Assembly (NCBI RefSeq): GCF_037042905.1
Contig: NC_087251.1
Coordinates: forward strand, 43,898,001 to 43,962,000
Direction of reading: 5' to 3'
DNA: 64,000 bases
Source of the DNA: Lytechinus pictus
Lineage: Eukaryota
Below the pieces are notes generated by a model. It saw nothing but the letters and a program-made list of their open reading frames with translations. It did no database searches and had not been told where the DNA came from. Both the position numbers and the translations under genes were made by a program. Of this stretch, positions 11,401 through 23,629 are shown piece by piece. Every line of letters starts with the position of its first letter. Position 1 is the stretch's first letter.

Positions 11401-14400
11401 TTACAAACAAACACTTATATGAACGATTACAGCGAGACACAAAGTTACAAATCAAACATATAAATAAATATCAATATACAAAATACAGAAAAATTATGGT
11501 TAACAATTTTCATGTTGAGCCCTAAAACATATTCGATACATATTCAAATCAATTATTGACCTCTTATAGCATAGGTAAAATTACATGTTTTTCTTTTTTT
11601 TTCTTTTGAAAGTTTCTTTGCACAATTTTTAAATATGTAATTTATACTAGGCTCAAATCTCAATAAATATAATTAAATAAAACAGCCTATCAAAAGGATG
11701 ATAATTATCACGGATGGGAGGAGTGAGAGTCTGCAGTGCAGGACGGACCCCCACCCCATCCCTAAATGAAATAAAGGTTGCAAAGGACAAATATTTTTCA
11801 ATTTTAAGACTCGGAAATAAAAAGAACTTGTCATATGAAATAATGATAAAGAAATTAGCCTGAAAGAGGGAGGGAGGGAGGTGAAGTGAAACAGTAAGAA
11901 AGACAAGAATGACAGAAAATGAACTGAGGATAAACTGATGTTCATTATCTCTTTAACATCCCAAGGTAAATGATAAACAAATACCAAACCTTGGTTGAAT
12001 TACTTTCTCAAAGTAGTAATATTATCAACCCAGTAGGCCAGGGCCCTAGGAACATTTTTTTTACTGGGGGGAGTTGATGTAAATTTGAAAAGAAAAAAAA
12101 ATTGGTCCCAGGTAAATCTTGGGGTTGCTTCAGCACCTTCAGCACCCCTGCTTCCCAGGGCCATGTAGTAGGTAGTGGTTGTCTCATTTATCTAAATAAA
12201 CTTGAATACTTTTACATTTTCGGTCTCTTGATTAAAGTTGAACATTCTCTTTCAGGGGCCGCAGAATGGTTTTGAAAGTGGTGGGGGGGGGGGGCTTAGT
12301 CAAAAGTGGTGTGCTGACCATTCAGAAAATCATAATCAGATGGTAATTTTTATGTTTTTCTACACGGTTTTGGAAAAAAGTGGGGGTGGGGCTGAAGCCC
12401 AACCAAAACCGTAGCCCTTGTCATTCAATAGCATAAATGACATTTTATTATCCAGATTTTTTTCCTTTTTTCTTTTATTTTCAACAAAATATAAATCAAG
12501 TAATTAAAGTCAGGTACATCAAGTCAATACAATAAACAGGATTGCATAATCCCTACAGTTTAAGTAAATAACTGGTACCAGAACATCTAAAATATACAAT
12601 CAACAAAAAAGTATCACAATAATAAAAAAGAACCCTGCCATTTTATGTATTTCATGAGTATGCATTCAAACAGTTTTCCAATAAAAACTGGATAACTGCT
12701 ACATTGAACCTCTTTATTTGTCAGACGGTCCATATTCCACTGCATTTTAGTTGTGAGTAAAGAAGTATGTGCTGTACACAACACTCACCCCAATAAAAGG
12801 TACCCATAAAAGATTACAAATAAAACGTAAAATGAAATGAAATGACATCATATCAACTTTGAACAGATAATAGCTCAATCTTAACTGTGTAAATTCATAA
12901 AACAACTTTATGTTATGATTACTTCCATAAAATATATTCCCTTGTTTTGACAATATGTCAACAGGAAGAGAGGAGGACGTGGTTTATATGTAGTGTTGAT
13001 GAGCCAAATATGATGCAAAAATGAATGAATTGTATTATGTATTTTCTCTAATGGCCTCAAATTTCAATATCATTCGGGAAAAGCCATGTTTCATAATGGT
13101 GCATTTATAAAAATAGAGCATAAATAGGAAAAATTGAAAAGGGCACAAAATATCAAAGGCCGGTGAAGAGGCGAGTGAGGTCGATCATTTGGGGCTTGAA
13201 TCGATTTATTCCCCAACTCGATCTGCAATTCAATTGATTTGACTGAATGCCTTTGAAATTCACCAAATCATAGTATTTATAGTATATCAGACAGTGTTCT
13301 GCATGTGAACAATATATGATTCTACCAATGACCTTTCATATTGATCAAGTAAATTTATCCACATGCTCAGTTATACTTAATCATGTTTTATAGTAATTCA
13401 TCACATTTTCTACCACTCTGTCTTCCAAAGGGATATGACCTTATAGGGATGCTCTGGGCTGAGAATATTTATATCTAAATAAATTGAGTAAAATTTACAG
13501 AGCAAAATGCTAAAACTTTCATCAAAGTCCGCTAACAAATAAAGTTATTGAATTTTAAAGTTTAGCTATATTTTGTGAAAACAGGTATATGCACGTCGTC
13601 ATGAATATTCATTTGGTGGACTGATGATGTCACATCCCCACATTCCTTTTTCTTATGTTATTACATGAAATCATAACTGTTTAATTTTTCATACATGTGT
13701 AAATGATGTGTCTCCTTTATGATGAAATAAGTTGCGGCAATAAATAACTAATGCACTTACTCAGATGTCAATCCAATTGTTTTAGTTCTTGGTAGAAAAA
13801 AAATGAATAAACCTAATTTCATATAATAAAATACAAAAGAACATGTGGGGATATGACATCATCAGCCCAAATGAATATTCATGACGACATGCCTAGACCT
13901 GTTTCACCGGAATAATGCAAATCTTTAAAATTCAACTTTGCTATCCAATTTTGATCAAATTTCTAGCATTTTGCTTTGTGAGTTTTACTCTTTTTATTGA
14001 AATATAAATATCTTCAACCTGGAGCTTCCCTTTAAGGACTATAAATCAAAGGTTTAGTGTTTTGACAGGTTGAGTTATAAAGTCGTATTTTCTGATGATC
14101 CTTCTGCCATTTCGGCTTGAATTAAGAATAATTATTCCTTTGATCAATTAATTGAAAATTGATCATTGACCAAAGTGGTTCATGCTTCTTCTTCTTTTTG
14201 AACGAAGCAATCAATTAGCTGAACAAGCTGATTATTATTTCACTTGTTTGCAAAATACATACAAGTACTTTATGCAAAATTGATTTTAAGTATAGGAAGG
14301 GATGGGGAGATAATAAAATCAGAACATAACAAATGTGATGTTGTATTCTGGTTATATCCTCAGGGTCTAGCGACCATCCATTTTCTGCTACATATGATAC

Positions 14401-17400
14401 AAGAGTTTATTATCAATCCAAAGCAATTAACAAGTCTATTCCATATTAAACAAAAGGAAACCAAAAGATAACTATCTGTTTCAAGCATGACCTAAACTTT
14501 CTTTGAAGAATGACCCCCCCCCCCCCCTACAGTCTTGATCCTGATGATTGTGTACATTACTAAACCAAGTTGTCTGAAAAAAGGGTTAATTGCCACTTGG
14601 TCTACTCCCACTTGGTCTACTTTCCACTTGGTCTAATTCTACATGGTCTATTCCTAATTTTTCTGCAACCAGGTGGGTGTTTCATAAAGTTGTTCGTAAG
14701 ATAAGAGCGACTTTAAGAACAACTGGTGATCCTTTCTTTTGGTAAATGGTATACACCATTGGCCATGGTTTAGCGCGTAAGAAAGGTTCACCAGTCGTTC
14801 TTAAAGTCGCTCTTAACTTACGAACAGCTTTATGAAACGGCCCCCAGGTCATTAACTGTTTTAGAGCCATTTGGTCTAATTATCATGTAGCCTATAATCC
14901 ATTTATTTGGACCAACATTTTATAGTCTATATGATTAAAGATAGATGCCAGGGGGTCGTTTCATAAAGCTGTTCGAAAGTTACGAGCGAATTTAAGAACG
15001 AATGGTGAACCTTTCTTACGTGCCAAACCATCGCCAATGAATATACCATTTACCACAAGAAAGGATCACCAGTCGTTCTTAAAGTCGCTCTTACTTACGA
15101 ACACCTTTATGATTCACCCACCCGTTTTGGTAACGATTGCAAAATGAGTTAAAAATAATCCCATAAAATTACATCCCAAACGTTTGCATGACTGTTGAAG
15201 AAAATGCATAATTGATAAGAAATTAGCAAAATAAGCACTGTATTTTTTCAAGCAATATCAATACACTGCCCCACGCTTTTATATGTTAGTGATCATTTGA
15301 ATTATCGGTTTTGAGCTAAGATTTCACCTAGATGAGTTTTCATTAATTTACCAGATCTAGATGTATGATGACATGGTGATAATTAAGCTTGATTTAAAAG
15401 ACTTTCTAAAGAAATAATTGTTTGCTGGAATACTTTCTTTTACCTTTAAATAAACTTATGAATCAAATCCTCATTTGACTGAGTACAAAATAATATTAAG
15501 AGAAGGTGGAGTTAAGACCATCTTAATGGACCGGTTTCACAAAGGTGGTTTTTAAAACCATCAGTTGAACCCGTGGTTTATGCAGATTTCCTGAATAAAT
15601 TACGCTTATTTACCATGTATATTAAAAAAATGTCCAATACTGATGCTTGTCACAATGCACCAAAATGATGCCTGTTACCATGGTTAAGTATGCTAATTTA
15701 GTCATGAGTCCACTGTTTTAAGAGTGGACTCATTAATTCAAAACTGTGAACTTGTGAATAAAATAGCTTATCTAACCATGGTAACAGGTGTCAATTTGGC
15801 GCACTGTGACAAAAGCATGCATCAGCATTTAATTTTTTTTTAATATACGCGGTAAATAACCATAATTTATACATGAAATCTGCATAAACCATGGTTTTAA
15901 AAACCACCTTTGTGAATTCTGGCCAATGAGAATGATAGATATTAGACCAAGTGTCGTGTAGACCAAACAGCAATTAGACCAAATTGAGAGTAGACCAAAT
16001 AGGTTTAGCCCACGTGGTATTAAGACTATCAGACCAAGTGAGAATATAGACTGAAGAGATCTAGGTTCATTCTGCACTCACCCGTATAATTTGACCCCTC
16101 AGAGGCTCCAGGGCATCGTCTTGTGCCAGAAACTTTGCTCCTAATCCTGTGCAGTTAACTACTACATCATACACACCTGCAAACTGAGAGAATATAATAC
16201 TTTATTGAAACAAGGATTGAAATTAATCAAAAATATGATCTCACTTGAATAGAAAATGAATGCAAAATTTTGATTAGAGAAGTGGTGGCAACAGCTATTA
16301 CACTACAGTCACCCCAGCGAAATGGACTCAAAACGGAACACAGCTAAGACGTCTTTCCTAATAACATAGAAAGGATTACTTCGCCAATTTCGTGAATAAC
16401 CTGACATCAGAAGTAGTGATAAGCAAACAGGCATATAAATTGTTCCAAATGATAGCTTGAATTACACATCATACAGCTGTAGGTAATAATAATAATTTGA
16501 CTGGCTCTTCTCTCGGGCCGAAACATCAAATATATTGCCCTTAAAAGAACCATATTTCCCTTATCTAAAGACTCGGGCCAATACGATTCTGTTGCGGGCA
16601 ACATGTTTAATGTTCCCCTCAAGGCCAGTCAACTACAAAAGAGAAATCATGTTAATTCTTAAAAGGTGTTCAAACATATTCCATTCCTTAAAGTCACAGA
16701 TCTTTATGGTTATATTTGCCATCATGAAAAGGAATATCACATGAATTCCTAGAAGACCAGATAAAGCGTAATAAACACACAGAAACATATATATGTTTAT
16801 GTCTTTCTTGTTATCTTTTACAGTATAATTAGATATCTAGGACAAATTATAAGTCACCATTACAAACTACTAAACAAGAATGTGTAAATTGATGAACTAC
16901 TTCATTATGTCAAATGTGTTAGCATTCTCATGGTGATAATGGGGCCTTGCCTCCACCTTTTAGTTTGCAAATAATATCTCTATTGAAGATAAATCGATCA
17001 ATGAAGAAAGATCTTTCTTTTTAGGCACCTTGCCCAATGTAGGCCCCTCACAAGCGTCTTTTCGTTGATAATCCTAATATTCAAGTACAGATAAAACAGT
17101 GGGAATGGCAGGGAGTCATATGTGAAAATGCAAAATTTTATAAGTTGATTCCTATTATTACAAGGCAGGGCCACAGAGTCTTGGAAACACTTGTGCCTAA
17201 GCTACTTGCAACTTGCTGTACAGAATAATTCTTTCTTGCAATTACAACTATTCAAAACCAGCCATACACATCACAGCCACTACACACGTGTGGTGTGTAA
17301 AAAGTCTGAGAGTATAAATTGAGACAAATCATTATTATAGAAGACTCAAAGTACATGCACAATGAATAATAGATCAAATACTGCCCTAAAAACGGAAGAA

Positions 17401-20400
17401 ATCAAAGTGACCTACTAACTGACCTCTCCAAAACTGTCGACCTTCCTCTGAATGGCTTTTCCACCCTTTTGTAGAAAGCTGTATGCATTCAAACAATTTT
17501 AGGGGGAAATTGAGAAAAAGGTTGCTTTATATACATGTATTATAAAGAGTCCTTATCGAAACTTCATTGAAAGAGTGAGAGGTTGCTAGTTTTGTGCCAT
17601 TAGTTCATTTGGTCTTTATTTAAGGTTATGCAACCTTTGTAATTCCCTTTTACAAAGGATAGTATCTGCAAGGCCAAAATGTCTGAAAATATGGCCCTAT
17701 ATTAATATTATAATAATAATGATAATATTAATAATGATAATAATAATAATAATTATTATTATTATTATTATTAGATATATTTGACTTCAGATTTTCAGAT
17801 TTTTCAGCCTGAAGTCTGGCATCCCAGTGCCATATACCTCCCAACTGAAAGGGTCGTTGTTAACATGTATGCTACCATTAGTATGACAAGCCATTTCTTC
17901 ATTTAATCCTATTTTTTTAATATCTAGCATTCCCTTCTTGGATATCAAGAATTTAATTTCACAAACAACACAAAACATCAAGAAATCACATTATTTATAT
18001 CAAGATATCATTTTGTAATGTTGAAAAGAGGCAATACTTCATATCAAGAAATATGATCAAATGAGAAATGACTTGTGATACGCACATTGGCCATAAATGG
18101 CCAATGCTGGCTAAAATGTCCAGGGCCCTATAACACAAAGGTTAGCGATTAATCGCTAATTTGAAAGAAGATATCTGATTCGTTCCTAGTCAGTCTGCTG
18201 AGCAAAATGTGCATGCAACAATGATCTTGATAGGTCATTTCATTTAGCGATTAATCGCTAACCTTTTTGTTACAGTGTTCAGGTTTGACAGAGGAAGGGG
18301 AAGTTCACCCTGACAAAAAGTTTATTGTAAAAATAGCAGAAAAAATAATAAGCAATATTGGCGAAGGTTTGAGAAAAATCCATCAAAGATTTAAAAAGTT
18401 ATTAGAAGTTTAATTATTTTGAATGTGACGTCATATGCAAGCAAAAAGAAAAAAAAATCAATATAATGTCATTTTCTCAAAAAGCTGAAAATGGGTTTTA
18501 TTGTACTTTCAGTATATCAACAGACAAATTATTTTACTCCCACTGCTGAAAGATGAAAAATTTTAGTCATCATGAACCATCATGAAATTTATGCATATTA
18601 TATAGAGCAGCTGCTCATATGACGTAAAAATCAAAAACTTAAAAATGAAACAACCTTCTTAATGTTCAGTGGATTTTCCTCAAACCTTCACCAATGTTTT
18701 TTATTGTTTTTTCTGGTGCTTTTACAACAAACTTTTCATCAGGGTGAACTTCACCTTTAACTTCTACATTTATTTCCTTTATGGTGGCAGCAGTGGGATA
18801 TACAAACTCCATCCTTGAAATGGTTTGCTTCCACTTGGCCTACTACCAGATGGTCTAAATCCTAAGAGTGCCTAACAACATCATGGCTATAAAAACCCAC
18901 TTGGCCTCCTACCACGTTCCCATCTTACAAGGAGTTACGATATCCGATCTACCTCAAGTATATGGAACTCCATCAATGTCATAAATTTTTCTTTAGGAAA
19001 TCTGTACAATGTCCTTTGAAAACAAAGAGAAGCATAATGAATTATCTAGAAAACAATGAAAGTATGAATATACATCATATCGAGAAAATATTTTGAACAA
19101 ACATGTATTTTAGATGTTGACGTTGCTGGCTTTCCATAGTTGTGGTTGACTGGATCGATCGTGACTCTTTGTAAGACAGCTAGGCCCTGATGGTCTTATT
19201 CTCAGAGTGCCTATTAACAACATCATTGCTAAACACACTTGACATACTATAAGTTTGGTCTTATTACCGTTTGGCTCCACTATCACTTGGTTAAAATGCA
19301 ATTTAGTTTCCTGTCCATATGCTCTGATTTTCCAATTAGTCAACGACTCTACTTTAATTATACCAGGTGGCAACTTTCCATTGAAATGACTGGTTATAGG
19401 GTGGGAGGGGCTGATCCTAACCCCCCCCCCCCCACCCCCATTCTGCGAATTCTGACAGAGAAAATTACATCATGAACATAAAGTTGCAGTCTCATAAAAA
19501 TAAAAACAAGCTACATCAATGGAATACTTGATTGGGTTTTATCAAGGAGCTTCAAACACATTTTTTAATAGAATAGTGCATACATGACAATTAATAAGGA
19601 CTTGACACAATTACCAGTAGTCTTTTCTAATGTAAAAAAAAATCATAAGCCTATATAATGAAGTAGAGATGAAGAGTTGTAAATTACCGTTTCATGAGAT
19701 AAGGGAGATAGATCGGGCAATTGGTTATCATTGTCATGTAGAAATATCCATCCCTGTCAATGACAAAAACAAAAGAAATAGATTACTGAAAGGTTCATAT
19801 GCATTAATGAGCAGTTTCACTTAGTGTGGTGGCTTAGTTGGTAGAGTGTCCGTCTCACAACCGGGAGTTCAAACCCCGGCCGCGTCAGACCGAAAGACGT
19901 TAAAAGATGGGAGTTGCTACTACCCTGTTTGGCGTTCAACAATACAAGGGATAGAGCTACGTCAATCTGGCGCTGCACAGTGGCTGCCGGCTGGGGCCCA
20001 CAATTAATTGGGCAAAACATATTTTCGAAGGATTTCCATTTCTTTTTCGAACATTAAAATATGGATTTTCATAATTGACAGCAAGGTATGATATATTTTC
20101 AACAGAAATTTTCAACTCACTTTGAAAATGAAATTACAAATTTATAATCAATATGTTCCATGAAAATAATTCATAAGAACTGAGAAGTTAGCACAAGAAG
20201 ATAGTTAAGGTGACATAAATGTATATGTTAGGTGCAATAATTTAGAGACAGTGATTTTCCATTTCAAAAAATGGTTGTCTTCAGTTTCTGAAATCTGTAA
20301 TTCTGTTTCGACTTGATCTAAAAATTGAAATTCTGTTTTGTCACTGAAAATGTACACAGCAAAAACCTGAATTCCATTTTTGCAAAGGTGAATTCCATGA

Positions 20401-22948
20401 ATTTTTACATGAAAAGTGTAAGAACCAAACAGAATTTCTGTTTTATTTACCGGTAAAATTGAAAATCACTGTCCCTAGATATAGATAACATTGAAAACAT
20501 TAGGCCTATAATCTAAAGGGGAAAACAAACAAGTCTTTGAAAAGTTTCTAGGCACTGGCAGATCCAGGGGAGGGGGGGGGGGGGGTTGGCAAAGCCAGCC
20601 AGTGCCCCCCCCCCCTTTTGAGAGGCACAATTAAAATTTGTAATGTAAAAATGCCGTTATAACACCAGTTATCAATGTCAGTGGTGGAATAGATTTTGTC
20701 AAAGCAAGCTAAATTTCTGAGCTATATACCAGAAATTACATTACAATTAAATTTGATGAACATCATTTATAAGCTGAATTGTGTCCTTTTCCCCAGGCTT
20801 AAATGGCAGGGTAAACTATCTTAATTATCACTCCCAAACAGTTTTGAATGGATTGAGCCCGGGATTGAGCACCAAATGTGCGGTCAAATTGAATTCATAC
20901 TGAGATTTTTGACGCAATGACAATTTATTGGCTATCCATATAGTTAACCACAACTTTAGACCAGAGTTGAAATGACACCCAAGTTCCGAATACGGGCCCA
21001 AGAACTTACTTGAATGTCGAAGCAAAGAGTTGTTTGATTTCTTTTTGAGGAACTCTTCTGTATCCTATAACATCATCCTTCCACCATGGCTCCTCCTGTA
21101 TTCAAATAATAAATTCAACAAGACACAACACACCAGAATAATGATGTGCACATAACATAAAATAAAAATCATCAAGGTACTATTTCATAATTTTTTTTTT
21201 TAAGTGACTGGTTTTCACTGACTTATTTATTCTCAGCCAATTAGATACCAGGATTTCAGTAGCTTATAACATGGGGAGGACCAGATGAAGCAACACCTTT
21301 TGGTCTGCCAACTCCTACCAGACCCACACACACTGCCCATAGATCTGGAGCCCGTCTTAGAAGGAGTCGTCTAAAATCTAAAAATCTAAAATAATAATAA
21401 TAATGGAAGTTCCCCGTACACCATGCATAATATTGCCCCAAAAGTGTGGTTCAAAACATCCACTGAGAACTCATCCTACCAAAAGATCTTCTTAATGATT
21501 TATGGTATTAGACTTCTGAGATGTGAAATTTTCCATTATAAATATCTTGGTATGTATCAATATTGAATAACTATTTAGTCTTAAAGCTCTGCTAATTCAT
21601 GTCTGACCAAAAGTTTGTGTAAAACATTTATCAAATTATATTTCTTTCACCTCTTTTCAGTGAAAAAAAAAAAATTTCCGAAACATGAAGACTTACTTCT
21701 TCTTTGATCATCTCTGGATACAAACGGTAACCGGGGATGAACTCTATTCCAATTTTGGATGCTTCCGAACTCAATGCCAAAGGAATGCTATGATCCCAAG
21801 TTTCCTTGCCCCATTTCCTGGAAAGCATGAATAAATCATTATGTCATCTTCATTTAGATCACTCTGCACAAGTCCAGGAATAAGAGATTTATTGGATATA
21901 TTGTATTGCAATAGAACTCTTTGGAAAAACGTGATCACATATCATATTCTTTGAAAACAAAACCTTTGTTTAAACTCAAATTACCATTAATATACATGTA
22001 TGATAGATAAAGTGAATGCAAAATAGATGTAAATACATACTTGAACTTGTGGAACTGTGAAACTTTGACAGGATCAGGGAGAAAATGACAATTAGTTTCA
22101 CAAGCATAAAACATTTTAAAAATGTCACAGCTGTTTCCAGAAGCACTTTCCCGTAAAAATAAATTCAGACAAGCAATTAAATCAATTTATTTCAGAGGGC
22201 ACTGAGCCCCCAAGCTACCCTAAACTCACTGCTTTGGCCTAAAGTATAAGGTCCATAATAATGTCAATGGTGGATGAGGAGAGTGGAGGAAGAAGAGGAA
22301 GAAGAGGGGGAGGGGAGGAGGGGAATTGGGGAGAGGGGAGCAAAAGGGCCCATAAGGGGATCCGAGATCATTGGCGGTGGAAGCCAAAAATTTTAGGGGG
22401 GACCACCAAAATTTTTTGACAAGCAAAAAAAAAAAAAAGGTTATCTTATGTAGGGGGGACGCTGGAAAAAGCAAAAAAAAAAAAAAAGGTTATCAACAAA
22501 AAGTTGAGGGGGACATGTCCCCCCCCCCCCCCCCCCGCTTCCACCGCCTATGTCCAAGATACATGTAGGTGCTTGAGGGGGAGAATGAGGAAAGTGGCAT
22601 TTTTTAAGCTCATAAGACGATGTAAACACCATCTTATTATTGCTTTATTTAGTTTAGGAATGAATACTCTAGTAGTAGTACTACTACTACTAGTATTTAT
22701 GCTACAATATTAAGTTTGACTTTGAGAACATACCGAAGAACATGCATGGGTGTGCCGTTGAGGGGGACTTCCCGGGGATTCCACAAGCCACCAGATACGC
22801 TTGATGCCATATGCTCCTCAAAATGTTCTGCTATCAATGTAACCTCAACATTTGGGATAGTTTCAATGATATTGACAGCCGACGAAAGCCCTATAACGCC
22901 AGCGCCGACAACGACCACTCTCTTCGTTCTACCCTTTTCCGCTGCCAT
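8368..22948 (-). CDS. DDO: D-aspartate oxidase / D-amino-acid oxidase family flavoenzyme, 10 coding exons, 359 aa, peroxisomal (C-terminal ARL)
   Basis: Exons: 22734-22948, 21697-21817, 21010-21095, 19688-19753, 17424-17478, 16082-16183, 10827-10918, 10018-10135, 9206-9307, 8368-8490. All introns are GT-AG with consistent phases; total 1080 nt. Motifs: VVGAGVIGLS (FAD), VVNCTGLGA, PLRGQI, VLGGT, GLRP, VHNYGHxGxG..HWG, PTS1 ARL. DDO versus DAO orthology is not resolved. Confidence 0.93.
9206..9307 (-). CDS. DDO: DDO/DAO exon 9 (GSEVVKHLVGLRPCRSKGVRLE...)
   Basis: GLRP motif; ttttag/gttagt. Confidence 0.92.
9578..9905. repeat. Tandem repeat, 114-bp unit, ~3 copies (intronic)
   Basis: tgaccttttctgaagcagtaga starts at 9578, 9692 and 9806. 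Confidence 0.9.
10018..10135 (-). CDS. DDO: DDO/DAO exon 8 (NGQVVLGGTYQHGRWDT...)
   Basis: LGGT motif; ccccag/gtaagt. Confidence 0.92.
10827..10918 (-). CDS. DDO: DDO/DAO exon 7 (VRAPMQHFFIL...YVFP)
   Basis: VxAP..HF and YxxP motifs; tttcag/gtaaca. Confidence 0.9.
10974..11210. mobile_element. Palindromic MITE (PIF/Harbinger-like)
   Basis: ggcggtgctgcaccatcccgagttt ... aaactcgggatggtgcagacggccc. Confidence 0.65.
13445..14031. mobile_element. Kolobok-like MITE with long imperfect inverted arms
   Basis: ttat|AGGGATGCTCTGGGCTGA ... TCAACCTGGAGCTTCCCT|ttaa; internal inverted gtcgtcatgaatattcattt / aaatgaatattcatgacgac. Confidence 0.65.
14673..14844. mobile_element. Harbinger-like palindromic MITE, CAG TSD (second, inverted copy at 14952-15123)
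   Basis: cag|gtgggtgtttcataaag...ctttatgaaacggcccc|cag. Confidence 0.7.
15528..15923. mobile_element. Palindromic MITE (Harbinger-like); diverged copy at ~54697-55070
   Basis: ggaccggtttcacaaaggtggttttt ... aaaaccacctttgtgaattctggcc with long internal inverted arms. Confidence 0.65.
16082..16183 (-). CDS. DDO: DDO/DAO exon 6 (YDVVVNCTGLGA...PLRGQIIR)
   Basis: Conserved motifs; ctcag/gtgagt. Confidence 0.93.
17424..17478 (-). CDS. DDO: DDO/DAO exon 5 (FLQKGGKAIQRKVDSFGE)
   Basis: Family motif GG...RKV.SF.E; tacag/gtcagt. Confidence 0.88.
18296..18756. mobile_element. Kolobok-like MITE
   Basis: aggggaagttcaccctgac ... tcagggtgaacttcacct|ttaa with long inverted arms. Confidence 0.65.
19688..19753 (-). 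CDS. DDO: DDO/DAO exon 4 (DGYFYMTMITNCPIYLPYLMKR)
   Basis: Family motif YLPxL; gacag/gtaatt. Confidence 0.9.
19823..20060 (+). mobile_element. tRNA-derived SINE
   Basis: A-box tggcttagttgg, B-box gttcaaaccc, body aaagacgttaaaagatgggagttgct; a second copy lies on the minus strand at ~49880-50128. Confidence 0.8.
21010..21095 (-). CDS. DDO: DDO/DAO exon 3 (EEPWWKDDVIGYRRVP...)
   Basis: Family motif PxWxDxVxGxR; tacag/gtaagt. Confidence 0.9.
21697..21817 (-). CDS. DDO: DDO/DAO exon 2 (KWGKETWDH...)
   Basis: ttccag acceptor, gtaagt donor, phase-compatible. Confidence 0.88.
22369..22552. mobile_element. hAT-like poly-G/C MITE, 8-bp TSD
   Basis: tccgagat|CATTGGCGGTGGAAGC ... GCTTCCACCGCCTATG|tccaagat. 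Confidence 0.75.
22734..22948 (-). CDS. DDO: DDO/DAO exon 1 (MAAEKGRTKRVVVVGAGVIGLSSA...)
   Basis: Rossmann GxGxxG motif; donor CG|gtatgt. Confidence 0.92.
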
Positions 22949-23245
22949 GCTGAACACTAGTAGACCTATTAAACGTATTAAAATACAATTTGCAATAACG
23001 CCTCCATCAGTAGGTAGCAGTTGACACTAGCACTCACTGTACATGTGTACTCGCAATGAATGAGGTCAAAGCAAAACAGTACAGTATATATCAGCACTGC
23101 ACTGCAGTGCGGTGCGGTAGTGGTGGTGAGAGATCGAGTGAGATTAAACCCGGGAGATAAATTGGTTATATATTCTGTATATACGAGCGAAATGCGAATC
23201 CATATATGGCCTGCTCGAGGTCAACTATATATTGATTATCTGGCA

Positions 23246-23519
23246 CAGTGGCGTACCTGGGATTTTTCACAGGGGGGGGGGGGGAACCGTCCGCCAAAAA
23301 AATTGACAAGCAAAAAAAAAAAAAAGAAAGGTCTTCAATCACAAATGAAGGATTTCGTAACCAGAAAAAAAATTGACAAGCCAAAAAAAAAAAAAAAAGG
23401 GTCTTCAAGCTCGTCAAGGGGGGGGGGGGGGGGGGCAGGGATACGTCCTTTGCATGGGTTGTGGCTCGTCAGGGTGGGGCAGACTGCCCCCTCTGCCCCC
23501 CCCCCCCCGTAGGTACGCT
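23246..23519. mobile_element. hAT-like poly-G/C MITE, 8-bp TSD, ~300 bp upstream of the DDO/DAO ATG
   Basis: atctggca|CAGTGGCGTACCT ... AGGTACGCT|atctggca; same family as 37061-37300. Confidence 0.75.
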
Positions 23520-23629
23520 ATCTGGCACAATTTATTGCACGTAAAAAACAAGACACACTTGAACCATATTTATTTCAAGACACTGCTTTATTAGCTCGCG
23601 GCATAATGGTTCACCCTGGGCCCTTATTT

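Noticed and set aside
19823..19885. tRNA-like sequence (A box, B box, CAC anticodon-like loop); also at 50060-50128 on the minus strand
   Set aside because: No proper acceptor stem, and both copies continue into the same body and tail, so these are SINE heads rather than tRNA genes
23060..23594. ORFs with poly-K/poly-G/poly-P (also 22226-22713, 26160-26492, 37018-37206)
   Set aside because: They arise from homopolymer runs in hAT-like MITEs
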